Below are positions 12,680 through 25,206 of a stretch of DNA of 64,000 nt, one piece after another (the stretch's first letter is position 1; every line of letters begins with the position of its first letter). Made by a program: the position numbers and the translations under genes. This DNA comes from Squalus acanthias. Its lineage: Eukaryota. The notes under the pieces are model-generated. The model was given only the letters and a program-made list of their open reading frames with translations. It was not told where the DNA came from and ran no database searches. The stretch covers positions 8,930,001-8,994,000 of the forward strand of contig CM059433.1 in NCBI GenBank assembly GCA_030390025.1. The letters run 5' to 3'.

Positions 12680-12783
12680 CCTTATAACCTTCAATCTCAT
12701 TCCGTACAAACATTCCTCTCTGCTTCACAGCCCGAAAATAATAATCTTTACACACACAATTGCCAGGCATCATTGATAATTCA
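12680..12783 (-). CDS. Candidate internal exon (phase 2 to 1): ELSMMPGNCVCKDYYFRAVKQRGMFVRNEIEGYK
   Basis: Acceptor ttgtacttgtttacAG, donor AGG|GTAAGT; only one frame open; final G + AC forms a GAC codon with the 11470 exon. Confidence 0.45.
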
Positions 12784-13279
12784 CTGTAAACAAGTACAAT
12801 AATTTCAAAACATAATGGGCTGTTTGCCTTATACCAGGAGCCATTACTCATTCAATTTAAAATATTTATTGTCTTTCAGACAAAAAAAAGCAATTCCTTT
12901 ATCTGGTACAATATTCATACATTGATTGCATCAAGTTGTCTCATTGCCAGGAACTAGACAATAAAATATAACTGTCTTTCACTACGAGAAGCTCTCCCCC
13001 CCCCCCTCCATTATGAAGGGTGTTTAAAAATACATGAGGAGCATTACGCTCTGTAGCACCTTTTATAAAGCCGGGCGTTTCAATCATCCATCATAAAATT
13101 AGATCAATAAAGCACTGAGAGATGTTGAAAATTGAAGAGACTCCAATTATATTTGCTTCTTGCAAGTGAACTGGAAAGAAAGACTGCTTTTATGAAACAC
13201 GCTTTCTGACCTCCATCAATGAAAAAATGGCCACACTTTTACGGCACATAAGCCGAGAACTCCAAGTAATAAATATAAC

Positions 13280-14484
13280 GGGCCGTATTTTGCGACACCT
13301 ACGGGTGCACACGCGCCCGTAGGAGCCGCGCAAGTTACGGGTTTAGGCGCGCGAAGCGCATGCGTGGACGCCCGGAACATGCGATCTGTCAAGAGATCCT
13401 CCGCATTCCCGCGAGATGGGCCGCTGCGGGTGGAGAGCTGCGCTATTTGCCCTGCTTTTACCAGCATAAGAGTTGTAAAAAATAGAAAAATAAAATTTTA
13501 ACACTAGCTTATACATTAAAAACCATGTCCAATAAGGTAAGTTTATTTATAGCCCCGTTGAAACATATAGGGGGCTGAATTCGGTTGATTTGCGCCTCCC
13601 GTTAGGGCCCAAATCAACTAGCGCCTGGGCATGGCGCCGCTAACGCCTCCCGTGAAATTCAGTGGGAGGTTAGCGGCGGCGCTGCGCCGCCAGCGATGAC
13701 GTCATCGCCGTGCCCAGCGCCCTGCTCGCGCCCCGGCTGTAATATTGGGTGGCGCCCCCTGACTTACCGCCGGACGCTATGTCCGCCGCGGTCAGGGGGG
13801 CCTACCTGCGGCCGGGACGCCGCTAGTTAAAGGGGAGGTGGCGGGCGGCCATTTTTGTTGCTGGCCGCCTGCCAGTACCTGCCCCCGTCGCCGTCCCCGG
13901 CCCCCGTGAAGTCCCCCTGCGGGGTGCCGGCTGCTCTCCATGGCGCTGCGGCACGTGGCGCCACGGTTTTGGCTCGCAGCGCCCCAAGAGGGACGCGGGG
14001 CGCTTCCAGTAGCACCCCTCCTCCCTCTCGGGGCACTACCTGGGAAAATCGGCCACGGGGGCGCTAACTTTTTCGGGGCGCTAAAATTAGCGCCTCGGCG
14101 AGGGTAGCTACCGAATTTTTACCCCATCATTTTTTTTCCAAAAAATTAGCTTTTTCTTTAAAATATTTAATTAAATGGCATTTTAATTAATTTTAAATAT
14201 GTAATTTTTTAATATTTATTTCATGTGTTCGTGTATTTTTTAAGTACATACAGAACTCCCATAAATATGAATGGGGATTCCCTTCTTTTATTGGTTGGGC
14301 CGGCCCACGTGATTCTAGGGGCGCTTGCGAACCGCCTGCGCCCCTGGGATACGTGGGGGCTCTGCCCGCGCGGACCCCGAGAGGACCAGGAGCGCGAGTC
14401 TCCGTACATCCCGGGCCACCAGGTAAATGCGTAGATTTTTTTACAGGTCGCCCGTGGGAAGCCTCCGACCACAAATTTTGGGCC
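13280..14484. mobile_element. Harbinger-type non-autonomous element
   Basis: Imperfect TIRs GGGCCGTATTTTGCG / CACAAATTTTGGGCC; AAC duplicated on both sides. Confidence 0.7.
13570..14125. mobile_element. GC/CpG-rich Harbinger-type MITE nested in the element above
   Basis: Ends GGGGGCTGAATTCGGT ... ACCGAATTTTTACCCC; many GGCGCTAA/TTAGCGCC subterminal motifs. Confidence 0.75.
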
Positions 14485-14533
14485 AACATTTTTTTTTTAA
14501 ACTGTCTAACCGCTAACGCGTCTCTCTCTGCAG

Positions 14534-14798
14534 AACAAATGCATTCATTGCAGATCATTCACACGGCAACGGACCTGAAGCCAAGTCAATTCAAATGTGG
14601 TTACTTAAAAGGACTCGGGATCTTTATATTAATGTAATTCCTAAAGGATGTGCAATAATTAGGAAAGGGAACACAAGCGATAACAGGTTCAAGGACAGAG
14701 AGCCCGTGAATGAGTCACTCCAGTATAATGATGATAACCGTGAGGATGATTTAACTGATTATAAATTTAGAGACAGGAGACTATATGGGCTGTGCTAA
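14534..14798 (+). CDS. Possible plus-strand terminal exon (TNAFIADHSHG...YKFRDRRLYGLC*)
   Basis: Acceptor tctctctctgcAG followed by ~87 open codons in unique sequence; no recognisable family. Confidence 0.2.
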
Positions 14799-15618
14799 TG
14801 ATGGATCACACAATGCTGCAGTTATAACCTGACTCAACTCTTTGCTGTACCTCAGTTGAATAATCCCTTTATCTTTACTGCACCCATTTTTCCTTCCTTT
14901 CAAAAATGATTACCTCAGAAAAGTGAAAGATTTCAGGTGGTGTACTGATGGTAATATATGCCAAACCAGTATGAATAAACTACATTGTAAAAGAGGAGCA
15001 GCAACAATTGGATAATTGCAAAATTAGTGAGAATAATACAGACCTCGTCAATGGACCCAGAATACAATCATTCTCAATGTTACTGTTTCAGTTTCTGCAG
15101 TCATGAAAATGGATGATATCCTCATAAAAATGTATTTAAGAGGAACAAAAGCTGGAATAGTTGTTGACTATTAAATAAGTCAAATTCTGGTTTTATTACA
15201 TGGGTTGCCAGGAATTTTACCAATGTTTGGGGAGTGCATTCTAAGATGCTGTCTGTCCATGAAATTAGAAAACCAGTACAAAGGGGTTGCTATTGTCATT
15301 GTTATCACAGTGATGTCACAGATCAATGATGTGATACCTTTCCCTTGGTGCGCCAGTCGACTTTTCCAAAACCAGATTGGGGCGATTAAAGATCTCAAAT
15401 TAGGCTCCTCTGAGTACCTGTGATTGTAGCAGCTCTCTATGGCAGAGCTATTACATTAGATTAGGCTCCTTAATGATAGTTCTACATTTCAGAACATGAG
15501 ACATGCTTTGTTCAGAATGTCTGGGTTACTGAAGGCTTTAGGTAAAACTGACTTGATACTCAAAAACACTCACGCTCACACTCACCCATGTACATGTATG
15601 CACACTCACACTCACACT

Positions 15619-16050
15619 TGATTGGCACCCCATCCACCACCTTAAACGTTCACTCCCTCCACCACTGGCGCACCGTGGCTGCAGTGTGGACCATCTACAA
15701 GATGCACTGCAGCAACTCACCAAGGCTTCTTCGGCAGCACCTCCCAAACCCTGCGACCTCTTCCACCTAGAAGGACAAGGGCAGCAGGCGCATGGGAACA
15801 CCACCACCTCCAAGTTCCCCTCCAAGTTACACACCATCCTGACTTGGAAATATATCGCCGTTCCTTCATCGTCGCTGGGTCAAAATCCTGGAACTCCCTC
15901 CCTAACAGCACTGTGGGGGTACCTTCACCACACGGACTGCAGCGGTTCAAGAAGGCAGCTCACCACCACCTTCTTAAGGGCAACTAGGGATGGGCAATAA
16001 ATGCTGCCCCTGCCAGCGACGCCCACATCCCATAAACAAATTTTTTTAAA
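15619..16050 (+). mobile_element. CR1/L2-group (Zenon/Crack-like) LINE 3' fragment inserted in the CACT satellite
   Basis: LIGTPSTTLNVHSLHHWRTVAAVWTIYKMHC; CTCACAC repeats on both sides. Confidence 0.88.
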
Positions 16051-18750
16051 CTCACACTCACCCATGTACACACACTCACACTCACACTCACTCACACTCA
16101 CCCATGTACACACACTCACACTCACACACACTCACTCACACACATTCACTCACACTCACCCATGTACACTCACTCACACTCACACTCGCCCATGTACACT
16201 CACTCACACTCACATTCACACTCACACTCACTCACACTCACTCACACTCACACTCACACTCACTCATACTCACCCATGTACACTCACTCACACTCACTCA
16301 CTCTCACACTCACTCACACTCACACTCACACTCACTCACACTCACACTCACTCACACTCACACTCCCTCACTCACACTCACACTCACACTCACACCCACT
16401 CACATTCACTCACACTCACACAGACTCACACTCACTCACACTCACACTCACCCATGTACACTCAACCACACTCACACTCGCCCATGTACACTCACTCACA
16501 CTCACATTCACACTCACACTCACTCACACTCACTCACACTCACACTCACACTCACTCACACTCACACTCACCCGTGTACACTCACTCACACTCACTCACT
16601 CTCACACTCACTCACACTCACACTCACTCACTCACACTCACACTCACTCACACTCACATTCACTCACTCACACTCACACTCACACCACTCACATTCATTC
16701 ACACTCACACACACTCACACTCACTCACTCACACTCACACTCGCCCATGTACACTCACTCACACTCACTCACACTCACACTCACTCACTCATACTTACAC
16801 TCACACTCACTCACAGTCACACTCACTCACACTCACCCATGTACACTCACATTCACACTCACTCACACTCACTCACACTCACACTCACTCACACTCACTC
16901 ACACTCACACTCACCCATGTACACTCACACTCACTCACACTCACACTCACTCACACTCACACTCACACTCACTCACACTCACACACACTCACACTCACAC
17001 TCACTCACACTCACACTCGCCCATGTACACTCACTCACACTCACTCACACTCACACTCACTCATACTTACACTCACACTCACTCACAGTCACACTCACTC
17101 ACACTCACCCATGTACACTCACATTCACACTCCCTCACTCACACTCACACTCACTCACACTCACTCACACTCACACTCACCCATGTACACTCACACTCAC
17201 ACTCACACTCACTCACACTCACACTCACTCACACTCACACTCACTCACTCACACTCACCCATGTACACTCACTCACACTCACACTCACTCACACTCACAC
17301 TCACTCACACTCACTCACCCACACTCACTCACACTCACACTCACACTCACTCTCACTCACACTCACTCTCTCTCACTCACACTCACACTCACACTCACAC
17401 TCACTCACACTCACACTCACACTCACACTCACTCACACTCACACTCACTCACACTCACCCATGTACACTCACTCACACTCACACTCACTCACACTCACAC
17501 TCACGCTCACGCCCACTCACACTCACGCTCACTCACACTCACTCACACTCACGCTCACTCACGCTCACGCTCACTCACACTCACTCACTCACACTCACAC
17601 TCACTCACTCACACTCATGCTCACTCACACTCACCCATGTACACTCACTCACACTCACGCACACTCACACTCACACTCACTCACACTCACACTCACACTC
17701 ACACTCACTCAGTCACACTCACTCACACTCACCCATGTACACTCACATTCACACTCACTCACACTCACACTCACTCACACTCACTCACACTCACTCACAC
17801 TCACACTCACCCATGTACACTCACACTCACTCACACTCACACTCACTCACACTCACACTCACTCACACCACTCACTCGCACTCACTCACACTTACTCACA
17901 CTCACCCATGTACACTCACTCACACTCACACTCACTCACACTCACACTCACCCACACTCACTTACACTCACACTCACTCACACTCACACTCGCACTCACT
18001 CACACTCACACTCATTCACACTCACACTCACTCTCACTCACACTCACTCTCTCTCACTCACACTCACACTCACACTCACGCTCACTCACACTCACACTCA
18101 CACTCACTCACACTCACACTCACTCACACTCACCATGTACACTCACTCACACTCACACTCACTCACACTCACACTCACGCTCACGCCCACTCACACTCAC
18201 GCTCACTCACACTCACTCACACTCACGCTCACTCACGCTCACGCTCACTCACACTCACTCACTCACACTCACACTCACTCACTCACACTCATGCTCACTC
18301 ACACTCACCCATGTACACTCACTCACACTCACGCACACTCACACTCACACTCACTCACACTCACACTCACACTCACACTCATTCACACTCACACTCACTC
18401 ACACTCACTCACACTCACACTCACTCACACTCACTCACCCATGTACACTTACACTCACACTCACTCACACTCACTCACTCACTCACACTCACACTCACTC
18501 ACTCACACTCACTCACCCATGTACACTTACACTCACACTCACTCACACTCACTCACTCACACTCACTCACACTCACTCACACTCACTTACACTCACACTC
18601 ACTCACCCATGTACACTCACACTCACTCACACTCACTCACTCACACTCACTCACACTCACTCACACTCACACTCACTCACTCACTCACACTCACTCACTC
18701 ACACTCACACTCACTCACTCTCACACTCACCCATGTACACACACATACAT
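16051..18750 (+). repeat. Compound (CACT)n/(CACACT)n low-complexity satellite punctuated by CCCATGTA
   Basis: Seen directly; starts at ~15567, before the LINE insertion. Confidence 0.97.
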
Positions 18751-19759
18751 ACTTGTGATTCCTCTTTTGACAAATATACATTAACAGATAAAAAGGATTT
18801 TACTCAATGATACACAAAGGGTTTGTGCAACAAATGGACACTCCTTCAATGTAGTGGCTTGCTGTATCGGGCAGCATTTATGACCATAACTGTGCATTAA
18901 GAGATACAAAAGAAGCAGTGATCTGAGAAAATGGAACAATGCTTAGAAATCTAGGATCTGCTCTAAACAGGTACATACCGACTCAGTTTCATAACCAAAG
19001 TACGATATACTGCACTTTTGACTTCTTACTGTTTGTCTAAGTCTAATGAAAGCCAACAACGCACCTGAGGAATGGCCTGTAAAGTACTCTGGTCTGGCGT
19101 GTTTTCCACAACATTGTCTTGACTGAAAATCTGCTTCTCCCACCAAATGGCCCTGTGCCCACTGAACCTGAGCCGCCCTTAATCATGTAGAAGTGCCATG
19201 TCATCCCAGATTAATCAGATTCAGACTCAAGTGAATGCAAAATATGATTAAAACAAGACAGTAGTGTGGAGGGCGAGGATACTGAGTATAAAACAAGGAC
19301 CGGGTTTCCATCAGACAGCATGGTAGCGTGCAGTTTTCCGCCCACCAAAAGTTCAGAACCTCAGACAATCCAATCAGGAGAGGCATGAAACACACAGGCC
19401 CAATGTTAACCTCGCCCGCCCAGTGGGACCGGGCCGTCATAGGTCAGGTGCCTGTTTTATACCCCACCCGATTTTAGCCTCCATTGACTTCCATGGAGAT
19501 TACAATGGGGCAAGATGTAAAACGGACCAGTTACCCACCTGACCGCCACGTTAGGGCGAAAGAATAACATAAGGGAAAGGATTTATTTTGAGGAAAAAAA
19601 ATTAACAACTTTTAAATTAGGGATGGAAAGAAGTATAAATGTCAAGGCCACACGTTGGATTACCGATACTTAACTAAAGAGTATCCATTGGCCTGCGATA
19701 TCCTTTATTAGTTCCCATTTCTCTAAGAAGGTTGACAACCATCTTGCTGTGTTCCAGCC

Positions 19760-19916
19760 CCCTTCCCCGGCAACTGTGTCAGGCTGAAACAAACTGTTCG
19801 CAGCCTTGGTGTCCTATTTGACCCTGAGCTGACCTTCCGACCCCATGTCCTCCCCATCGCCAAGACCGCCTACTTCCACCTCGGTAATATCGCCCGTCTC
19901 CACCCCTGCCTCAGCC
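19760..19916 (+). mobile_element. L2 fragment
   Basis: Matches the L2 RT C-terminal region (CCTTGGTGTC.TATTTGAC...AAGACCGCCTACTTCCACCTC). Confidence 0.75.
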
Positions 19917-20058
19917 ACACACCAGGCTTAGAAAGACTTGCCCGTCGGTGCCTCTCTACCATTTCATTTTTCAGTGCTCCTACCAAATAGTAGCCCTTAA
20001 CCCCGCTCCCAAAAATTACTGTACTTTCTCTCCCCAGAGCAGAAAAGATTTGGGAGGC

Positions 20059-20275
20059 AAAAGCAAAATTGGCTGCGGACGCTGGAAATCATAAATAAAA
20101 AACAGGAAATGCTGGGAAGTGCTCGGCATCTGTGGAGAGAGAGAAACAGAGTTAACGGTTCAGGTCGATGACCTTTCGTCAGAACTGAGGAAAGTGTTTC
20201 TCTCTCTCTCTCCACAGATGCTGCCTGACCTGCTGAGCATTTCCAGCATTTTCCGTTTTTTTTTTATTTCAGATT
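20059..20275. mobile_element. Palindromic Penelope-derived non-autonomous element with a degenerate hammerhead motif
   Basis: Inverted arms (GGAAATGCTGG...GCATCTGTGGAGAGAGAGAAACA / TGTTTCTCTC...CCACAGATGC...CCAGCATTTTCC); minus strand 20186-20150 reads AGTT-CTGACGA-AAGGTC-ATC-GACCT-GAAC-CGTT-AACT. Confidence 0.7.
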
Positions 20276-21497
20276 GGTAAGGCTGGCTGCCATCTGGCTG
20301 TTGTGAAAGCTTTTTCAGAGCAGTAGATTTCATAACCCATCAGCAATTGGACTGGGCCATTACTCTGCAGGACGTAGATATGAATCACTGGGCTGAATGG
20401 ACACTCACACTTGAGCTTCCCCAGGGACCCTATCTGTTCCTCACATTCTGATAGGTCAGGGGGGGAGCTTGGGAAAAATAGTCAAGGAAAGGATCCTTTC
20501 CTACATTGTTCAAATGACCTTCTGGCAAGTTAACTGAGGACAACCTAGGAGATACTCACAAGTTGAACCGCTCCTACAGATTAACAGATATGGTTGAGGA
20601 AGGCTAAAGGTATGGGGTGGGGTGGGGGGGGGGGGGGGGGGGCGGGTTGCAGAGGAGAGAATTATAAGGTTCAAAAATTACAAATTATTTTTCTTATTCA
20701 TATGTTTAGCTTTGTGACAGACGGTAAGGTTTAAATCCAGCTGTCTTTTTTTATGCATGAGTTAATTTGGTCAGTCGTTATTTTCCCCTGTGTTTTACAT
20801 TTGGAAACATGTGTAACTCATTTCTAAAACCATTTTTAAAACTCTTTTTTTTTTCCACTGCAGCCTCTTCTTCTGGTATTTAAAAAGTCGCCTTATCTCT
20901 ACATTTGCAGAATCCCATCTCCAGCTTGCAGCGAGGTCTAGTATAATAACAACCGTAAATAAGCCAAATGAGAAAGATAATTAGCACAAATAAATACCCT
21001 GTCATCTGACTGGCCAGCTCAAGCATGCCTCACTCAAGCTTAATATCAATAAGGTTTGAGGATCAAAATATTGTTCTGGATGATCACTGAAAGTTGCCAA
21101 AATTTCAGTCAGAAAACTATTGTCCAAACATTTTTTTTAAACTTTGTATTTTGAACTAATTTGTAAACTCTAACCCAGGTGATAGCTGACACCTTCCATC
21201 TAATGCAAATAATTTACTTATAAACTCAAATAAACTGCGGGTTCTATTACAGGAAGGATATTTTATGCAGCATAATTTTATTATAATTTAAAATGACGAT
21301 GGGGAAACACTTCAGGTCGAACATTGAAATGTTCACTAACGTACATACGGTACAGCATTTTGAAACGATTCATGTTCATTTTAGGGAGTTGCATCTTCAA
21401 AAACAGTCTCCAGCTTTGCGCTAATGACATGGAGCTGGCACCATCACCATCACATTAAGTTGTCGGGCTTTGACCACTTCCAGTCATCTGATTGGGT

Positions 21498-21572
21498 TCA
21501 ATTTTCTCCCTGTTTTTTCAAAGTGCTCCAGAGGTCATCTGAAATCACACTGATTATCTCCAGCGGTGTGAG
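21498..21572 (-). CDS. Candidate terminal exon (LTPLEIISVISDDLWSTLKKQGEN*)
   Basis: Strong acceptor ttttctgcatttctttgtgcAG; phase-0 frame; unidentified. Confidence 0.25.
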   Translation of the reverse strand, partial: LTPLEIISVISDDLWSTLKKQGEN

Positions 21573-21900
21573 CTGCACAAAGAAATGCAGAAAATGTACA
21601 TTGGGTTCCACTGAAATCAGGTTGAATGTAACCCCCAACCCCTGCCTATTTACATGAAACATTTGGTACAGATTTCAATCTTAACACAATTCAATACAAG
21701 GCCTGTGGAATATGCACTTTGAAGCGGCATTAGCACAAACTCCGCTTCTCAATCCCCATATTTGCCAACCTGGAAAACTAGCAAAAGTTGGTTAACAGCT
21801 TCAAAAAAAGGGCGACCAAGTCCAAGCAACCCTCAATTATAGGCCTGCGGTATTTAGTTCAACTCTTAAGCATACCTTCCCCGTTTGGTTGCTGTGCCTT

Positions 21901-22865
21901 CATAAGAACATAAGACGTAGAAGCAGGAGTAGGTCATTTTGGTCCCTCGAGCCTGCTCCGCCATTCAATAAGATCATGGCTGATCTTGGCCTCAACTCCA
22001 CTTCCCTGCCCGCTCCCCATAACCCTCGACTCCCTTATCGTTCAAAAATCTGTCTATCTCCACCTTGAATACATTCAATGACCCAGCCTCCACAGCTCTC
22101 TGGGGTAGAGAATTCCACAGATTCACGACCCTCTGAGAGAAGAAATTCCTCCTCATCTCCGTTTTAAATGGGCGACCCCTTATTCTGAAACTGTGCCCCC
22201 TAGTTCCAGATTCCCCCACGAGGGGAAACATCCTCTCTGCATCTACCCTGTCAAGCCCCCTCAGAATCTTATACGTTTCAATGAGATCACCTCTCATTCT
22301 TCTAAACTCCAATGAGTATAGGCCCAACCTGCTCAACCTTTCTTCATAAGACAACCCCTTCATCTCAGGAATCAACCTCGTGAACCTTCTCTGAACTGCC
22401 TCCAATGCAAGTCTATCCCTCCTTAAATAAGGAGACCAAAACTGTACGCAGTACTCCGGTGTGGTCTCACCTGCGCCCTGTACAGTTGTAGTAAGACTTC
22501 CCTACTTTTATACTCCATCCCCCTTGCAATAAAGGCCAACATTCCATTTGCCTTCCGAATTCACCGACCGAAGATTTCACCGACTTCCGTTTTCCTTTAC
22601 GCAGACTGCCACTAAGTGAGCGCTTTCACCGACTGCTGAGAACTGGGAGCACGAGGAGTCACACTCGTGAGAGCAGAGAGTTTATGTGCACAAATAACTT
22701 GCTGTACCTGCGTGCGAACTTTTTGTGGTTCGTGTACAAGGACCCCCAGATCCCTCTGTACCGCAGTATTTTGTAGTCTCGCCTCCATTTAAATAATAAT
22801 TTGCTTTTTTGATTTTTCCTAACCTCACATTTTCCCACATTATACTCCATCTGCCAAATGTTTGC
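21901..22865 (-). mobile_element. CR1 3' fragment interrupted at ~22557-22695
   Basis: ORF 21992-22405 EAVQRRFTRLIP...WNSLPQRAVEA; WQMEYNVGKCEV upstream; (CATAAGAA) tail. Confidence 0.88.
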
Positions 22866-22877
22866 CTCGGTCGCACC

Positions 22878-23088
22878 CTCTGGAATTCCATCCTTAAAGC
22901 CCACCACCTCTCCACCATCATCTCCTTCTTCAAAACGATCCTTAAAACCCACCTCTTTCACCAAGCTTCTGGTTATCCATATGAATCTCTCCTTCTATGA
23001 CTCAGCATCTGTTTTTCCTCGCGCCTCTGTGAAGCACTTTGGGATGATTTTTTTTTTAAGGCGCTATGTAAATGCAAGTCGTTGTTGA
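22878..23088 (+). mobile_element. L2 3' end
   Basis: LWNS..FKTILKTHLF; GGCGCTATGTAAATGCAAG(TTG) tail. Confidence 0.75.
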
Positions 23089-23963
23089 AAGTACAATGGG
23101 CACACCTTTGCCAAATCGTAAGTTAGTGGTACACCCAACATTCCAGCACTTGTGCAGTAGAAAATCGTGGCTAAAATGGTCAGGATTTTCCCTGTGTTAC
23201 TGCGGAGCAATGATGGGCTATTGTGGCTATGTATTAGTGTTCTGTTATTAAATCCGATTGTCACTGTGACATGGAGGCACTGTTCCCCCACCCCCCTCAC
23301 AATGTGTAAAGGCATCTTTCCCTCCCACTGGCATGCTCCTCCCCGTTCCCATTCATACTGGCAATCTCCTCGTCTCCCCCACCCCTTAATGCAAGCTATC
23401 ACTCTTCTCTCGCCCGTCCCAATTTCATACTGCCACTCCCCTTTCCTCCATTCCCACTCAGTTCATGCTGGAACTTTCTCTCAGCACCCCCACCCCCCCC
23501 CAAACCACCTACACCCCCCACCTTCAATTCAGACTGGCTCAGTTCTTCCACCTCCCCCATCAGTTCCCTATATCGCTCTCCTGCCCCCTCCCTTAGTGCT
23601 ACTCTCAACTCCCAGCCGCTGCAGTTAAAACACAGCTGCACCTTATAGGCGGGAATTCCTCATTTTTGTAAAACTACCGGCCACAGCTTGCAGAGGCATT
23701 CAGTCCCCTGGAGTAGCGGCAGGCAGCAGCCGGGACTGGTGTTTCAGGTCAGGAGTTGGGGGCATCGCTGAGGAATGAAGCTGGAGCAGTGTTGAGCGAG
23801 GAGATGGAGGTGGCGCTGAAGAAGGAGCTAAGGGCAACATTGATTTTATTTGCTTGTGAACAAGTGAATATTGGCTGGAAAACAGTGACTATCCATGTGA
23901 AACACGAATGGTTGTCCTGTATGGATCCCTGGATTTCAGGCCCCCATTGCACTGTGATACCTG

Positions 23964-24440
23964 TCAGCTGTGGTTCAGTGGGCAGCACACTCACCCTCTG
24001 AGTCAGAAGGTCGTGGGTTCATAGTCCCACTCCAGGGACTGGAGCACATAAAGCTAGGCTGACACTCTCCGAGTGCAGTGCTGAGGGAGCGCTGCACTGT
24101 CGGAGGTGCCGTCTTTCGGATGAGACGTTAAACCGAGGTCCCGTCTGCTCTCTCAGGTGGACGCAAAAGATCCCGCGGCACTATTTTGAAGAAGAGCGCA
24201 GGGGTTATCCCCGGTGTCCTGGGGCCAATATTTATCCCTCAACCAACATAACAAAAACAGATTATCTGGTCATTACCACGTTGCTGTTTGTGGGAGCTTG
24301 CTGTGCGCAAATTGGCTGCCGCGTTTCCCACATCACAACAGTGACTCCACTTCAAAAAGTACTTCATTGGCTGTAAAGCGCTTTGAGACGTCCGGTGGTC
24401 ATGAAAGGCGCTATATAAATGCAAATCTTTCTTTCTTTCT
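23964..24440 (+). mobile_element. DeuSINE (SacSINE1-like), full length, TSD TACCTG
   Basis: tRNA head, Deu domain, (CTTT)n tail; TACCTG at 23958-23963 and 24441-24446. Confidence 0.9.
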
Positions 24441-25206
24441 TACCTGAAGCAGCTGTCGTATCATTTTGCTCCAGGAACTACTCTGATACGAATCTCTGAC
24501 TACTCTACTCTGAGCTTCCCATTAACACTGAGGGAGGAGTTCGGGTAACAAAGAGAGGCCTGTCTAGTCTGCACAAAATCACAGTACAGTATATGGAACT
24601 ATTTGCGTGCTATATGTACATAACATAAAACAAACAGTGTGGTTCCAAGTAACAGTGATATCTGGTGTAAAACCGGGACTGAACCTGCAGCTGCAGGGCT
24701 TTGAGTTTTTGAAAACCAGTTTACAGCAGAATGAAATATTTATTTGCCACAATTTACACTCTGGACTTTAGAAGGAGAGGAGTATTTTTAGTGGAAACGC
24801 ATTCAATGCAAAGTACACCTTCCCTTTCGTGTGTCTATTAAAATTGCAAAGAATTTCTTCCCAAAATGTTAACATACCTTTGATTTCAGATGCTGACCTG
24901 TGTATTTGCAGCATTTTCTGTTTCCCCTCTTGTATCGCCCACCTAAAATTTAAAAAAAACCTCCCAGCTGTAAGGAAAGATGATTCTATACCATTCTCCC
25001 ACAAGGACGCATACTCAGCTAGTACTTGTTGGGGAATGATTGTCAGCCCCTGATCAATATCTAGGAGTGAAAGGACACTGATCCCAATGAGCAGGAGTCA
25101 GATGAGCTTGGATCAGGATTTTTCTGTGATCTACCTAATTGGAACCTCTTCGGTCATTGTGCGTTGATGTACTCTTATCTAATTTATATTTTTTTAATTA
25201 AATTCT

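Noticed and set aside
13570..14125. CpG island promoter
   Set aside because: The GC-rich block coincides exactly with a TIR-bounded MITE
16001..18810. Three ~880-930-aa ORFs
   Set aside because: Translations of a CACT/CA satellite that lacks stop codons in all plus frames; not genes
20613..20647. Poly-G tract (also ~35196-35260)
   Set aside because: Simple homopolymer expansions; G4 potential but no evidence of function
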